Shown: positions 1 through 7,983 of the stretch, piece after piece | Numbering within the stretch: the stretch's first letter is position 1 | How the letters are laid out: each line of letters opens with the position of its first letter | Assembly (NCBI GenBank): GCA_963798915.1 | Contig: CAWCVB010000002.1 | Coordinates: 352,001 to 416,000, forward strand | Reading direction: 5' to 3' | From: an uncultured Gemmatimonadales bacterium | GTDB taxonomy: Bacteria > Gemmatimonadota > Gemmatimonadetes > Gemmatimonadales > GWC2-71-9 | Length of the DNA: 64,000 bases | Position numbers and translations under genes: made by a program | Notes under the pieces: generated by a model | What the model was told of the DNA's origin: nothing | Database searches by the model: none | Seen by the model: the letters and a program-made list of their open reading frames with translations, nothing else

Positions 1-2
1 GT

Positions 3-1241
3 TATGCCCGGCAGACCGGACTGGCCTGCAGTGCCTGCCACTACCAGTTCCTGGCCCTGACACCCTTCGGCCGCCGGTTCAAGCTGAACGGCTACACGCT
101 CACCACTCGCCAGCTCATCACTGAAAGGGACAGCACCAACGGCGGGAGACTCGGCCTGAGTCCTGCCTCCCTGCTTTCCGCCATGGCCACGGCGGGAGTG
201 ACGCACGTCAAGGACACCCCGACCGACACGCAGAATGATGCTGCCGCGATGCCGCAGGAGCTGAGCGTCTTCCTGGGTGGCCAGATCACCTCGAAGATCG
301 GGCTCTTCTCCCAGTTCACGTACGCTGGCGCCGACGGATCATTCGGCATGGACAACATCGATTTGCGCTATGCCAACCACACCAGCGGCAGGATCGATGC
401 CGTGTACGGTCTCACGCTGAACAACAATCCGACGGTGCAGGACCTCTGGAATACGACGCCCGCGTGGGGCTACCCCTTCATAGGGTCGGATGCCGCACCA
501 GGCGCGACGGCGAGTCCCGTGATTGACGGCGCCTTTGCCCAGAACGTGCTCGGCCTGGGTGCCTACACCATGATCGGCGGACTGGTGTACGCCGAGGTGT
601 CCGCCTACCGCTCCGCCATCCAGGGGCAGGCCGTTCCCGATGTGTCGAGCGGGGCGATCGACGGGGTTGCGCCCTACTGGCGCCTGGCCTTGCAGAAAGC
701 CTTGGGCCAGCAATACCTGATGGTCGGCACCTATGGGATGCACGCCAGCGTTTTTCCTGACGTGCTTACCGGTCCCACCAACAGCTTCACCGACGTCGGT
801 ATCGATGCTCAGTTCGAGACCGGCGTGGGCCATGGCAATGTGGTGGCCAGGGGCACCTGGATTCACGAGAACCAGACCCTCAACGCGGCCTTCCTGGCAG
901 GGGACGCGGACAACGCGGACAACCACCTCTCCACATTCCGGTTCAACACCAGTTATTACCCGTCCCAGTGGCTTGGAGTGACCGGCGGCTACTTCTCCAC
1001 GACGGGTTCGACCGATGCCGGTCTCTACCCGGCCGATCCGGTGGAGGGCAGCGCCAGCGGCAACCCGAAGACCACAGGGTTCACCGGCGAGCTGGACGTC
1101 AATCCTTGGGAGAACACGCGAATCGGCCTGCTGTATACCGGCTATGGCAACTTCAACGGCGGCAAGACCGACTACGACGGCTTTGGCCGGAACGCATCGG
1201 GCAATAACACATTCTTCCTCTTTGCCTGGCTGGCGTTCTAG
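3..1241 (+). CDS. cyc2: Cyc2-like fused monoheme cytochrome c / outer-membrane porin (5' partial)
   Basis: Frame is open from nt 3 and reads YARQTGLACSACHYQFLALTPFGRRFKLNGY (ARQT-x4-CxxCH...FG..FK..GY motif), then a beta-strand-rich region ending in WLAF; start lies outside the window. Confidence 0.85.
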   Translation, partial: YARQTGLACSACHYQFLALTPFGRRFKLNGYTLTTRQLITERDSTNGGRLGLSPASLLSAMATAGVTHVKDTPTDTQNDAAAMPQELSVFLGGQITSKIGLFSQFTYAGADGSFGMDNIDLRYANHTSGRIDAVYGLTLNNNPTVQDLWNTTPAWGYPFIGSDAAPGATASPVIDGAFAQNVLGLGAYTMIGGLVYAEVSAYRSAIQGQAVPDVSSGAIDGVAPYWRLALQKALGQQYLMVGTYGMHASVFPDVLTGPTNSFTDVGIDAQFETGVGHGNVVARGTWIHENQTLNAAFLAGDADNADNHLSTFRFNTSYYPSQWLGVTGGYFSTTGSTDAGLYPADPVEGSASGNPKTTGFTGELDVNPWENTRIGLLYTGYGNFNGGKTDYDGFGRNASGNNTFFLFAWLAF

Positions 1242-1464
1242 CCGAGCAATTCGGGCGGTGGCGGGCGGTGGTGGGCCGTGGCGAGGGCGCGCACATCCTT
1301 CGCCACGGCCTTTTCTCCGGGGACCCTCACGGCACCAACGGCAGGGGCGTCCGGCTGACGCTCCTGATCGTAGTGGGGGTGCTGAGCCTGCTCGTCCCGA
1401 CGCGCCCTGACCGGCAGGGCGCTCGGCCGTGTCGCGGCTCCCGGGCGCCTCGGGCACGGCCCGC

Positions 1465-1893
1465 TCACCCGTCTATGAGCGCGATCCTGCGCGCGTGGCG
1501 CCCGCCGTCAAACGCGGTGGCCAGCCACGTTTCAACGATCGGCATCAGGTCCGCCTCTGCGATGAGCCGCTCACCCAACGCGAGGACATTGGCATCGTTG
1601 TGCGCGCGGCCGAGCCGGGCCGATTCGACGTTCCAGCAGAGCGAGCACCGTACACCACGCACCCGGTTGGCCACGATGGCCTCACCGTTGCCGGACCCGC
1701 CCAATACGATGCCGCGGTCGAAACGCCCCGCCGCCACTGCCTCGGCCACGGGCCGGATGTAGAGCGGATAGTCCACCGGGTCGGACGAGTGGGTGCCGAA
1801 GTCAGCTACCTGGTGCCCAGCGTCGGTCAGGTGCGCCCTGATCAGTTCCTTGTATCGGAACCCCGCGTGGTCCGAGCCGATGGCGATGTTCAT
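1465..1893 (-). CDS. rpiB: Ribose-5-phosphate isomerase B
   Basis: IAIGSDHAG, DYP, GSGNG, RAHNDANVL, FDGGRH..R motifs. Confidence 0.95.
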   Translation of the reverse strand: MNIAIGSDHAGFRYKELIRAHLTDAGHQVADFGTHSSDPVDYPLYIRPVAEAVAAGRFDRGIVLGGSGNGEAIVANRVRGVRCSLCWNVESARLGRAHNDANVLALGERLIAEADLMPIVETWLATAFDGGRHARRIALIDG

Positions 1894-1900
1894 CTGCTAC

Positions 1901-2203
1901 TCAGCTCCGGAGCTTGGCCAGAAAAGCGCGTATGCGCGCGGCGTTGGTGCCCACGTCACTCTTGCCCACCCGCGACACCGATCGCACATCAACCCGGCTC
2001 CCCTCACCGGCGGGCGTGACCAGGATCACGATGTCATCCTTGAAGCCAAACCATGGTGTGGTGGCCGTGGCCTCGATGCGGCCTGCCGCGGAATCCGCGG
2101 CGGCGATGGCCCATCCCATGGCCTTTGCCGCATCGAGTGCATGCCCAAAGGCGTCCTGGGGCGCCACGCTCAGCACGGTGGGAATTTTCCTGCGCCTCCG
2201 CAC
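1901..2203 (-). pseudogene. DUF1499 family protein, C-terminal part only
   Basis: IEATATTPWFGFKDDIVI...VDVRSVSRVGKSDVGTNAARIR motif; N-terminal membrane part is absent. Confidence 0.6.
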
Positions 2204-2275
2204 CGCGAGTCTGCTGGAGATTCAGCTCCGGCTCTCGGCGCTGGAGGACATGCTGGCCTCACGCGCTGATGCGCA

Positions 2276-2842
2276 CTAGCGAGTGGTGCGTTCGGCCGGA
2301 TTGCCCTGACCGGACACCAGGTAGTCTGCTGCGGTGAGGCGATATGACGGGTGTTGTAAGCCGGTCGGGGGATAGAAGACATCCTGATCGTAGCTGAAGC
2401 CAAGGCGCCGAAGCAGATGGTGCGAGGCCTGATTCTCGGGATGGTGTCCGGCCATGAGTACCGCAACGTGTAGCAGGTCGAACGCGTAGCGCATGGCCGC
2501 CTCGGAGGCTTCCCTCGCCAGGCCCTTGTTCCAGTGCTCCGGTCTCAGGTGCACGCCCAGTTGCAGCGCGCCCTCGACCCTGGAGTAGGGCCAGGACGTG
2601 AGGCCGCAGCACCCCACGTGAGCGCCAGTGTCCAGCAGGAAGATGGGCCAGTACTGCATGCCGTGTTCCCGCTGCGTCGTCATCTCGACGGCCAGGCGTT
2701 CCACTATCCATTCTTCACCAAAGGGCCCGCCGATGAAGCGGGTGACCTGCGGGTCGCCCCACAACGCGCGAGCGAGTGGAAGGTCGTCGGGCGTCCACGC
2801 GCGAAAGCCGAGGCGGCTGGATTGGGGGAAGCACGAGAGCAT
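2276..2842 (-). CDS. GNAT (RimJ/RimL-type) N-acetyltransferase
   Basis: RLGFRAW, HVGCCGL, HWNKGLAREA, HPENQASHHLLRRLGF. Confidence 0.85.
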   Translation of the reverse strand: MLSCFPQSSRLGFRAWTPDDLPLARALWGDPQVTRFIGGPFGEEWIVERLAVEMTTQREHGMQYWPIFLLDTGAHVGCCGLTSWPYSRVEGALQLGVHLRPEHWNKGLAREASEAAMRYAFDLLHVAVLMAGHHPENQASHHLLRRLGFSYDQDVFYPPTGLQHPSYRLTAADYLVSGQGNPAERTTR

Positions 2843-2862
2843 GCGGGTGGTTCGCGGGCTGG

Positions 2863-3168
2863 TTACTCCAGTTCGCGCCACAGGCCGGGACGCCGGACCA
2901 CCGTGCGCGCGGGTGCCGCCGCTGTCTCGGTCGGCGGCGGAACGTTTTCCGCCACCCACTTGGCGAGCGCAAGGTCCAGGTCTTCCTTGGACAGATCCGG
3001 GTCACAGGGGAAGACCAGGCAGCGCCGGCCTTCAAGCATCAGGTGCCAGGTCGGCGGCACGGCGGGTTCGCCACTGCGCTCATTGGCGGCGCGAGCTTCG
3101 TAGGAGACAAAATGAAAATGGCGGCCACGGATAGTGAGGTGACGCTGGTCCGGCTTGAATGAGGACAC
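2863..3168 (-). CDS. Hypothetical protein
   Basis: GTG start after AGGAG; globular-looking ~100 aa ORF between genes on the same strand. Confidence 0.55.
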   Translation of the reverse strand: MSSFKPDQRHLTIRGRHFHFVSYEARAANERSGEPAVPPTWHLMLEGRRCLVFPCDPDLSKEDLDLALAKWVAENVPPPTETAAAPARTVVRRPGLWRELE

Positions 3169-3271
3169 TGACACTCCTGGGACGAGGAACGCGGTGCGGA
3201 GCGGGGATTCGCCTGCGGAAACAGCAACCGCCACGACAACCGTCTTCCCTGTAACCTAGCTGAAGGTACCG

Positions 3272-3958
3272 TTACGTGCTGGCCGGCGAGTGCTCCACGC
3301 GCGGTGGTGGGCCGGGCTGATTGCCCGAGGTCATCGCGGCACGTGAGCGGGTGACGAGATAGGCGAGCAGCACTATTCCCCCGGCCGGCAGCGCGAGGTC
3401 CGCCCTCACGCCCAGTGTCATGGCCGCCGATCCTCCGACCGCCGCCCACAGGAGGGGAATCGGTCCGAGAATGCGCGCCTCGCGCCGGGGCAGGAGCAGC
3501 AAGATGCCCATGGTGAGGATGGTAGTGGGACAGGGAACCCCGTAGACCGGCATGCGAGGATAGTGCAGCCCCGTGAGCAGCCCTGCCGCGGGATACACGA
3601 AAGAGTATCCCACGAGCACGAGACCGGCCAGGCGCCATCCGGCCTCGACGCGCACGGTCGGAACTTGATGACGAGCGGCTCGCCACCAGAGCAGCACCGC
3701 CTCCAGCAGGAATATGCCGCCGAACAGCACCGCGGCCGGATTGATGGTGCGGAAGTAGAGCAGGTGATAAGCAACGGCCGACCAGGCCCACTGCAGCACC
3801 AGCACCCAGAGTACGGCCCGCATTCCAGTGCCATCCTTGATGACACGCCAGGTCAGGAGGAGGGAACCAAGCCAGAGCAGGCCAAGCGCCGGCCAGAAGG
3901 TCGCGTTATACCTGCCAAAGAGATCGAGGAACTGGGTGTGACTGAATGGCAGTTGCAT
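3272..3958 (-). CDS. DUF6064-like membrane protein
   Basis: LPFSHTQFLDLFGRYN N-terminus, FRTINPAA, GVPCPTTILTMG; several TM helices. Confidence 0.75.
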   Translation of the reverse strand: MQLPFSHTQFLDLFGRYNATFWPALGLLWLGSLLLTWRVIKDGTGMRAVLWVLVLQWAWSAVAYHLLYFRTINPAAVLFGGIFLLEAVLLWWRAARHQVPTVRVEAGWRLAGLVLVGYSFVYPAAGLLTGLHYPRMPVYGVPCPTTILTMGILLLLPRREARILGPIPLLWAAVGGSAAMTLGVRADLALPAGGIVLLAYLVTRSRAAMTSGNQPGPPPRVEHSPAST

Positions 3959-4135
3959 GAGGCACGCTCCCGAAGCCCGGTGGCTGCCATCGGAAGCTGT
4001 CCGGTTCGCCGGCGCCGCGGAAGCGTCATGAACCGAGTTTCACCCGATCTTCATCGGGCGTATATCCCGCGCGAGCGTCCGGCGGCCAGTGACTTTACCT
4101 TTCCCCTGACCCCATACCCAGTGCTGGAGGCCGTC

Positions 4136-6046
4136 ATGCGCAGTGTTGTCGCTGGCCCGGTCGCGATCGTCCTGACGCTGAGCATCCTGAGCGCCGGCGG
4201 CCTCGCCGGCCAGGCGACCAGCCCCGACCGCCAATTGACGGCTGGCCATGTGGCGCCGTCCAGCGTGCGTACGGCGGCGGGCCGCCCCGGCGCGGGCTAT
4301 TGGCAGCAGCGTGCCGACTACCAGATCACGGCCACGCTGGATCCCGCCACCAGCCGCCTTACCGGCCGCGAGACGATCAGCTATCACAACAACTCCCCTG
4401 ACTCGCTCTTCTATATATGGCTGCATGTGGAGCAGAACATCTGCGCCCCCCAGAGCCTGACCAACCAGCTGCACCAGCCGCCGCTGGTCTTCCAGGACGC
4501 CACCTTCGACTTCTCCTGCCAGGGGTTTTCCGGTGGCGGCACCATGGAGTCGCTCACGGTCAATGGCGACAGCGCGACCCGTACCGCCTACGGCACCATC
4601 ATGCGGGTGGACCTGGCCCGGCCGCTCGCACCCGGAGCGGTGGCGGAGCTGGCGATTGCCTGGCACTTCAGCGTCCCGCCCTACGGCGCGGGCCGCATGG
4701 GCCACGACGGAACGTTGTACGAACTGGGCCAGTGGTATCCACGCGTCGCCGTTTATGACGATGTGAAGGGCTGGAACCACGAGCCCTACATCGGCGCCGG
4801 CGAGTTCTACCTGGAATACGGCAAGTTCGACGTCAAGATCACGCTCCCTTCCAGCTACGTGGTTGCAGCGACCGGCCGCCTCCTCAACCCGGAAGAGACG
4901 CTCACGGCCACCGAGCGCGCGCGGCTGGCGCGAGCGGCCACCAGCGATACCACCGTCGCCATCATTACGGCCGCGGAAGCGGGGAAACCCTCGGCTCGCC
5001 CCACTTCGACCGGCACGCTGACCTGGCGCTTCACCGCCGATTCGGTCCGCGACTTCGCCTTTGCCGCCGCGCCCAACTTCCGCTGGGACGCGAGCGGTTA
5101 CGATGGCATCCTGATCCATACCTATTACCGTCCCTCGGCGACGCTCTGGACCGAGGCCAACCGGATCGCGCGCCATGCGGTGAAGTACTTCAGCGAACAG
5201 TGGCTCAAGTATCCCTATCCTCACGCGTCATCCATCGAGGGACCCATCGAGGGGATGGAGTATCCCATGATGACGTTCGACCCGACCGGACCGGACCGGC
5301 TCAACTTCGCCTGGACCGTGGCGCACGAGCTGGGGCACCAGTGGACCCCCATGATCGTGGGCAGCAACGAGCGGCTCTACCCCTGGATGGATGAGGGGTT
5401 CAACACCTTCATTGATCTCGGCAATGCGGCCGCCTACTTCAAGGGCACGCCCTATGGCGACTCGATCGAAGTGCATCCGCTGCACCTGTATGAGCAGCAC
5501 GCCGTCGCCGGGCAGGAGCAGCCGCTCATCACCAATCCGATCGAGAGCCATGATCTCTTCTGGACCGGATACCAGAAGCCGGCCCTCATGATGCAGACGC
5601 TGCGCTACCATGTGCTGGGGAAGGAACGCTTCGACGACGCCTTCCGCGCGTACCTGAAGGCGTGGGCGTTCAAGCACCCCACGCCCGACGATTTCTTCCG
5701 GCTCATGCGGGACCGGAGCGGGCGCGACCTCGACTGGTACTGGCAGGACTGGATCTACACGACCAGCCGGCCGGACCAGGCGGTGACCGCCATCAGCAAC
5801 GCCGACTCGGGCGCCACCGTGACGCTCGAGAACAAGGGCACCATGCAGCTGCCCGTCTTCCTCAAACTGACCTACGCCGACGGGTCCAGTGCATCGGTGA
5901 CCCTGCCGGTGGAGATGTGGAACCTGGGACCGACGTATGTCTATCGAGTGAGTGGGAAGAAGCGGGTCGTGAAGGCGGAGATCGATCCGGAGGGCGTGCT
6001 GCCGGACGTGGAGAGGGGCAACAACGAACAGGGACCGGAGCGCTGA
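4136..6046 (+). CDS. Secreted M1 family metallopeptidase
   Basis: Signal peptide, GMEYP, HELGH-x18-E (WMDEG) zinc motif. Confidence 0.9.
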   Translation: MRSVVAGPVAIVLTLSILSAGGLAGQATSPDRQLTAGHVAPSSVRTAAGRPGAGYWQQRADYQITATLDPATSRLTGRETISYHNNSPDSLFYIWLHVEQNICAPQSLTNQLHQPPLVFQDATFDFSCQGFSGGGTMESLTVNGDSATRTAYGTIMRVDLARPLAPGAVAELAIAWHFSVPPYGAGRMGHDGTLYELGQWYPRVAVYDDVKGWNHEPYIGAGEFYLEYGKFDVKITLPSSYVVAATGRLLNPEETLTATERARLARAATSDTTVAIITAAEAGKPSARPTSTGTLTWRFTADSVRDFAFAAAPNFRWDASGYDGILIHTYYRPSATLWTEANRIARHAVKYFSEQWLKYPYPHASSIEGPIEGMEYPMMTFDPTGPDRLNFAWTVAHELGHQWTPMIVGSNERLYPWMDEGFNTFIDLGNAAAYFKGTPYGDSIEVHPLHLYEQHAVAGQEQPLITNPIESHDLFWTGYQKPALMMQTLRYHVLGKERFDDAFRAYLKAWAFKHPTPDDFFRLMRDRSGRDLDWYWQDWIYTTSRPDQAVTAISNADSGATVTLENKGTMQLPVFLKLTYADGSSASVTLPVEMWNLGPTYVYRVSGKKRVVKAEIDPEGVLPDVERGNNEQGPER

Positions 6047-6053
6047 GTCTCGC

Positions 6054-6231
6054 GTAAGGGCGGCCTGCGGCCGCCCCCTGACATCCCGATCGCTGCCGGC
6101 TCCTGCGGCCTGCGGCCGCCCCCTGACATCCCGATCGCTGCCGGCTCCTGCGGCCTGCGGCCGCCCCCTGACATCCCGATCGCGTCCGGCGCTGCCTGCG
6201 GCCTGCGGCCGCCCCCTGACATCCCGATCGC
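6054..6231. repeat. Tandem REP-like array, 4 copies of a 34-bp core (45-48 bp period)
   Basis: GCGGCCTGCGGCCGCCCCCTGACATCCCGATCGC at 6060, 6105, 6150, 6198; preceded by GTAAGG. Confidence 0.85.
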
Positions 6232-6284
6232 TCCGGCGCTGCGACCAGGCCGACCGCCGCCCACAGTCCGTCTCTCCTGGTGTG

Positions 6285-6396
6285 ACAGCTCACAGCTGCA
6301 CAGCGCACAGCTCACAGCTCACAGCGCACAGCTCACAGCGCACAGCTCACAGCTCACAGCTCACAGCTCACAGCGCACAGCTCACAGCGCACAGCG
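6285..6396. repeat. Heptamer microsatellite (CACAGCT/CACAGCG)n, about 15 units
   Basis: Visible directly. Confidence 0.9.
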
Positions 6397-6397
6397 T

Positions 6398-6670
6398 TCA
6401 CCTTCCGTACAGCTCCCGCAGCTCGTCCTTGGCTTTTTCGAGCCGGCCCAACTGGGCCTTGGACAGCCCCTTGCCGGCACGATTGATATAGAAAGTGAGC
6501 ATGGACATCGCTGAGCGATAGGGATCCGACTTGCGGCGTGTGCTGCGTTCCGCCGAGCGCTTGAGTGACCGTGCAATACGGCGTGGGTCAGTCTGTGTGA
6601 AGACGCCGGGATCGAGATCCAGTGCGTCGCCATGTTCAGTGACCCGTTGTGACCAGCCCTTGCGTCCCAT
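6398..6670 (-). CDS. DUF3175 family protein
   Basis: WSQRVT...DALDL..GVF...SAMSMLTFYINRAG. Confidence 0.85.
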   Translation of the reverse strand: MGRKGWSQRVTEHGDALDLDPGVFTQTDPRRIARSLKRSAERSTRRKSDPYRSAMSMLTFYINRAGKGLSKAQLGRLEKAKDELRELYGR

Positions 6671-6699
6671 TGTCCGGCGTCCATCAGGTGTGCGGTCTG

Positions 6700-6951
6700 T
6701 CAGTGATCGAGGTGCTCCAGCGAACCATCGCGTACTATCCGTGCGAGGAGCCAGAGGCCGGCGCCCATCGCAAAGACAGTCCACCGTCCGGTCAGGAGCC
6801 CGGCACCGGCCAGGGCCGGGCCTCCAAAGGACGCCCACGCGCGCCAGGGCCAGACCCGGTCGGGCCGCCGCACACGCCAGATGAACAGATGAAAGAAAGC
6901 CCCACCGAGCACGGAGCAGAGGATCAGGGCAATGCCGAGCAGCGTGATCAT
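6700..6951 (-). CDS. Small membrane protein
   Basis: Hydrophobic 83-aa ORF co-oriented with neighbours. Confidence 0.5.
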   Translation of the reverse strand: MITLLGIALILCSVLGGAFFHLFIWRVRRPDRVWPWRAWASFGGPALAGAGLLTGRWTVFAMGAGLWLLARIVRDGSLEHLDH

Positions 6952-7026
6952 GTCTCGCAGGCCTCTATCTGGCCGATACTGAATGAATCCTCCGCCCCCA
7001 CGAGCAGCGGCTGGTGCAATGGATCA

Positions 7027-7983
7027 TCAGGGGGGGCTGCCATGGTGATCAAGCCAACGCAGCAGTTCGCCTGTGCTGGCGGTGGCGAGTGCGATGCTGG
7101 TGTCCGCCGCACCGTAATAGATATTCAGTGTATCCCCATCGGTGTCGAGCGTGGTACCGCACGGGAAGGCGACGTGGCCCACGTCGCCCACGCATTCATA
7201 TCCGGTTTCGGGGCCAAAAATCCATTCATCGCCGCGGAGCAGGCACTGATCCGGGTGGGTCGCATCAAACAGCGCCAGGCCTAGCCGGTACAGCGCTCCC
7301 GAGGCTGTATGGCGGACGCCATGGTAGAGCATCAGCCATCCGCGCGAGGTCTCGATCAGCGGGGGCGAGAGCCCGATCTTGTTGGCGTCCCACCACGCGC
7401 CCTTCCGGGCCTGCAACACCGGCTTGTGATTGCCCCAGTTGCGGAGATCGGGCGAGAATGACATCCAGATGTGCGCCCCGGTGACGGCCATCGGGCGGTG
7501 CAGCAGCGCGAAACTTCCGTCTACCCGTCGGGGCAGCAGCGCCGCATCCTTGTCCTCCGGCTGCATGATGAGTCCCAGCCGCTCGAAGCTCACGAAGTCG
7601 TTCGTGAGCGCCAGGGCCACGCCGGGGCCGCTCTTGCTGAACGCCGTGTAGACGACCGCGAACTTTCCCAGCTCTTCCATATACGTGATGCGCGGGTCTT
7701 CGATGCCCCAGAGCTCTTCCGGGTGCTGGTCCGGCTCCGGAGGCAGGGTGGGCGCAGCGTCGATCTGCCATCCATCGATGCCATTCGCCGAGCGCGCGGC
7801 ACATAGATGCGAATGACCACGCCGATCTTCCACTCGGCAGAGCAGCAGCGTGGTGCCGTCCTCCAGCCGCGTGGCCGCGGGATTGAACACGGTGTGCGCG
7901 GGATAGGGCCAGTCCGCGGCCGTCAGGATAGGGTTGCTGTCGTGACGGTGAAGGAGCGTGGGATAACGGGATGAAGCGGTCAT
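7027..7983 (-). CDS. GH130-like glycosidase/phosphorylase
   Basis: NPIL, VFNPAA, GIEDPRI, DKDAALLP, GWLMLYHGV, VAFPCG, IYYGAAD. Confidence 0.9.
   Translation of the reverse strand: MTASSRYPTLLHRHDSNPILTAADWPYPAHTVFNPAATRLEDGTTLLLCRVEDRRGHSHLCAARSANGIDGWQIDAAPTLPPEPDQHPEELWGIEDPRITYMEELGKFAVVYTAFSKSGPGVALALTNDFVSFERLGLIMQPEDKDAALLPRRVDGSFALLHRPMAVTGAHIWMSFSPDLRNWGNHKPVLQARKGAWWDANKIGLSPPLIETSRGWLMLYHGVRHTASGALYRLGLALFDATHPDQCLLRGDEWIFGPETGYECVGDVGHVAFPCGTTLDTDGDTLNIYYGAADTSIALATASTGELLRWLDHHGSPP

Noticed and set aside
6060..6231. Possible CRISPR array
   Set aside because: Spacers are only 11-14 bp and nearly identical; no cas genes
5862..6491. Repetitive-peptide ORFs over repeat arrays (also 11633-12400, 44062-44431)
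   Set aside because: Translations of non-coding tandem repeats
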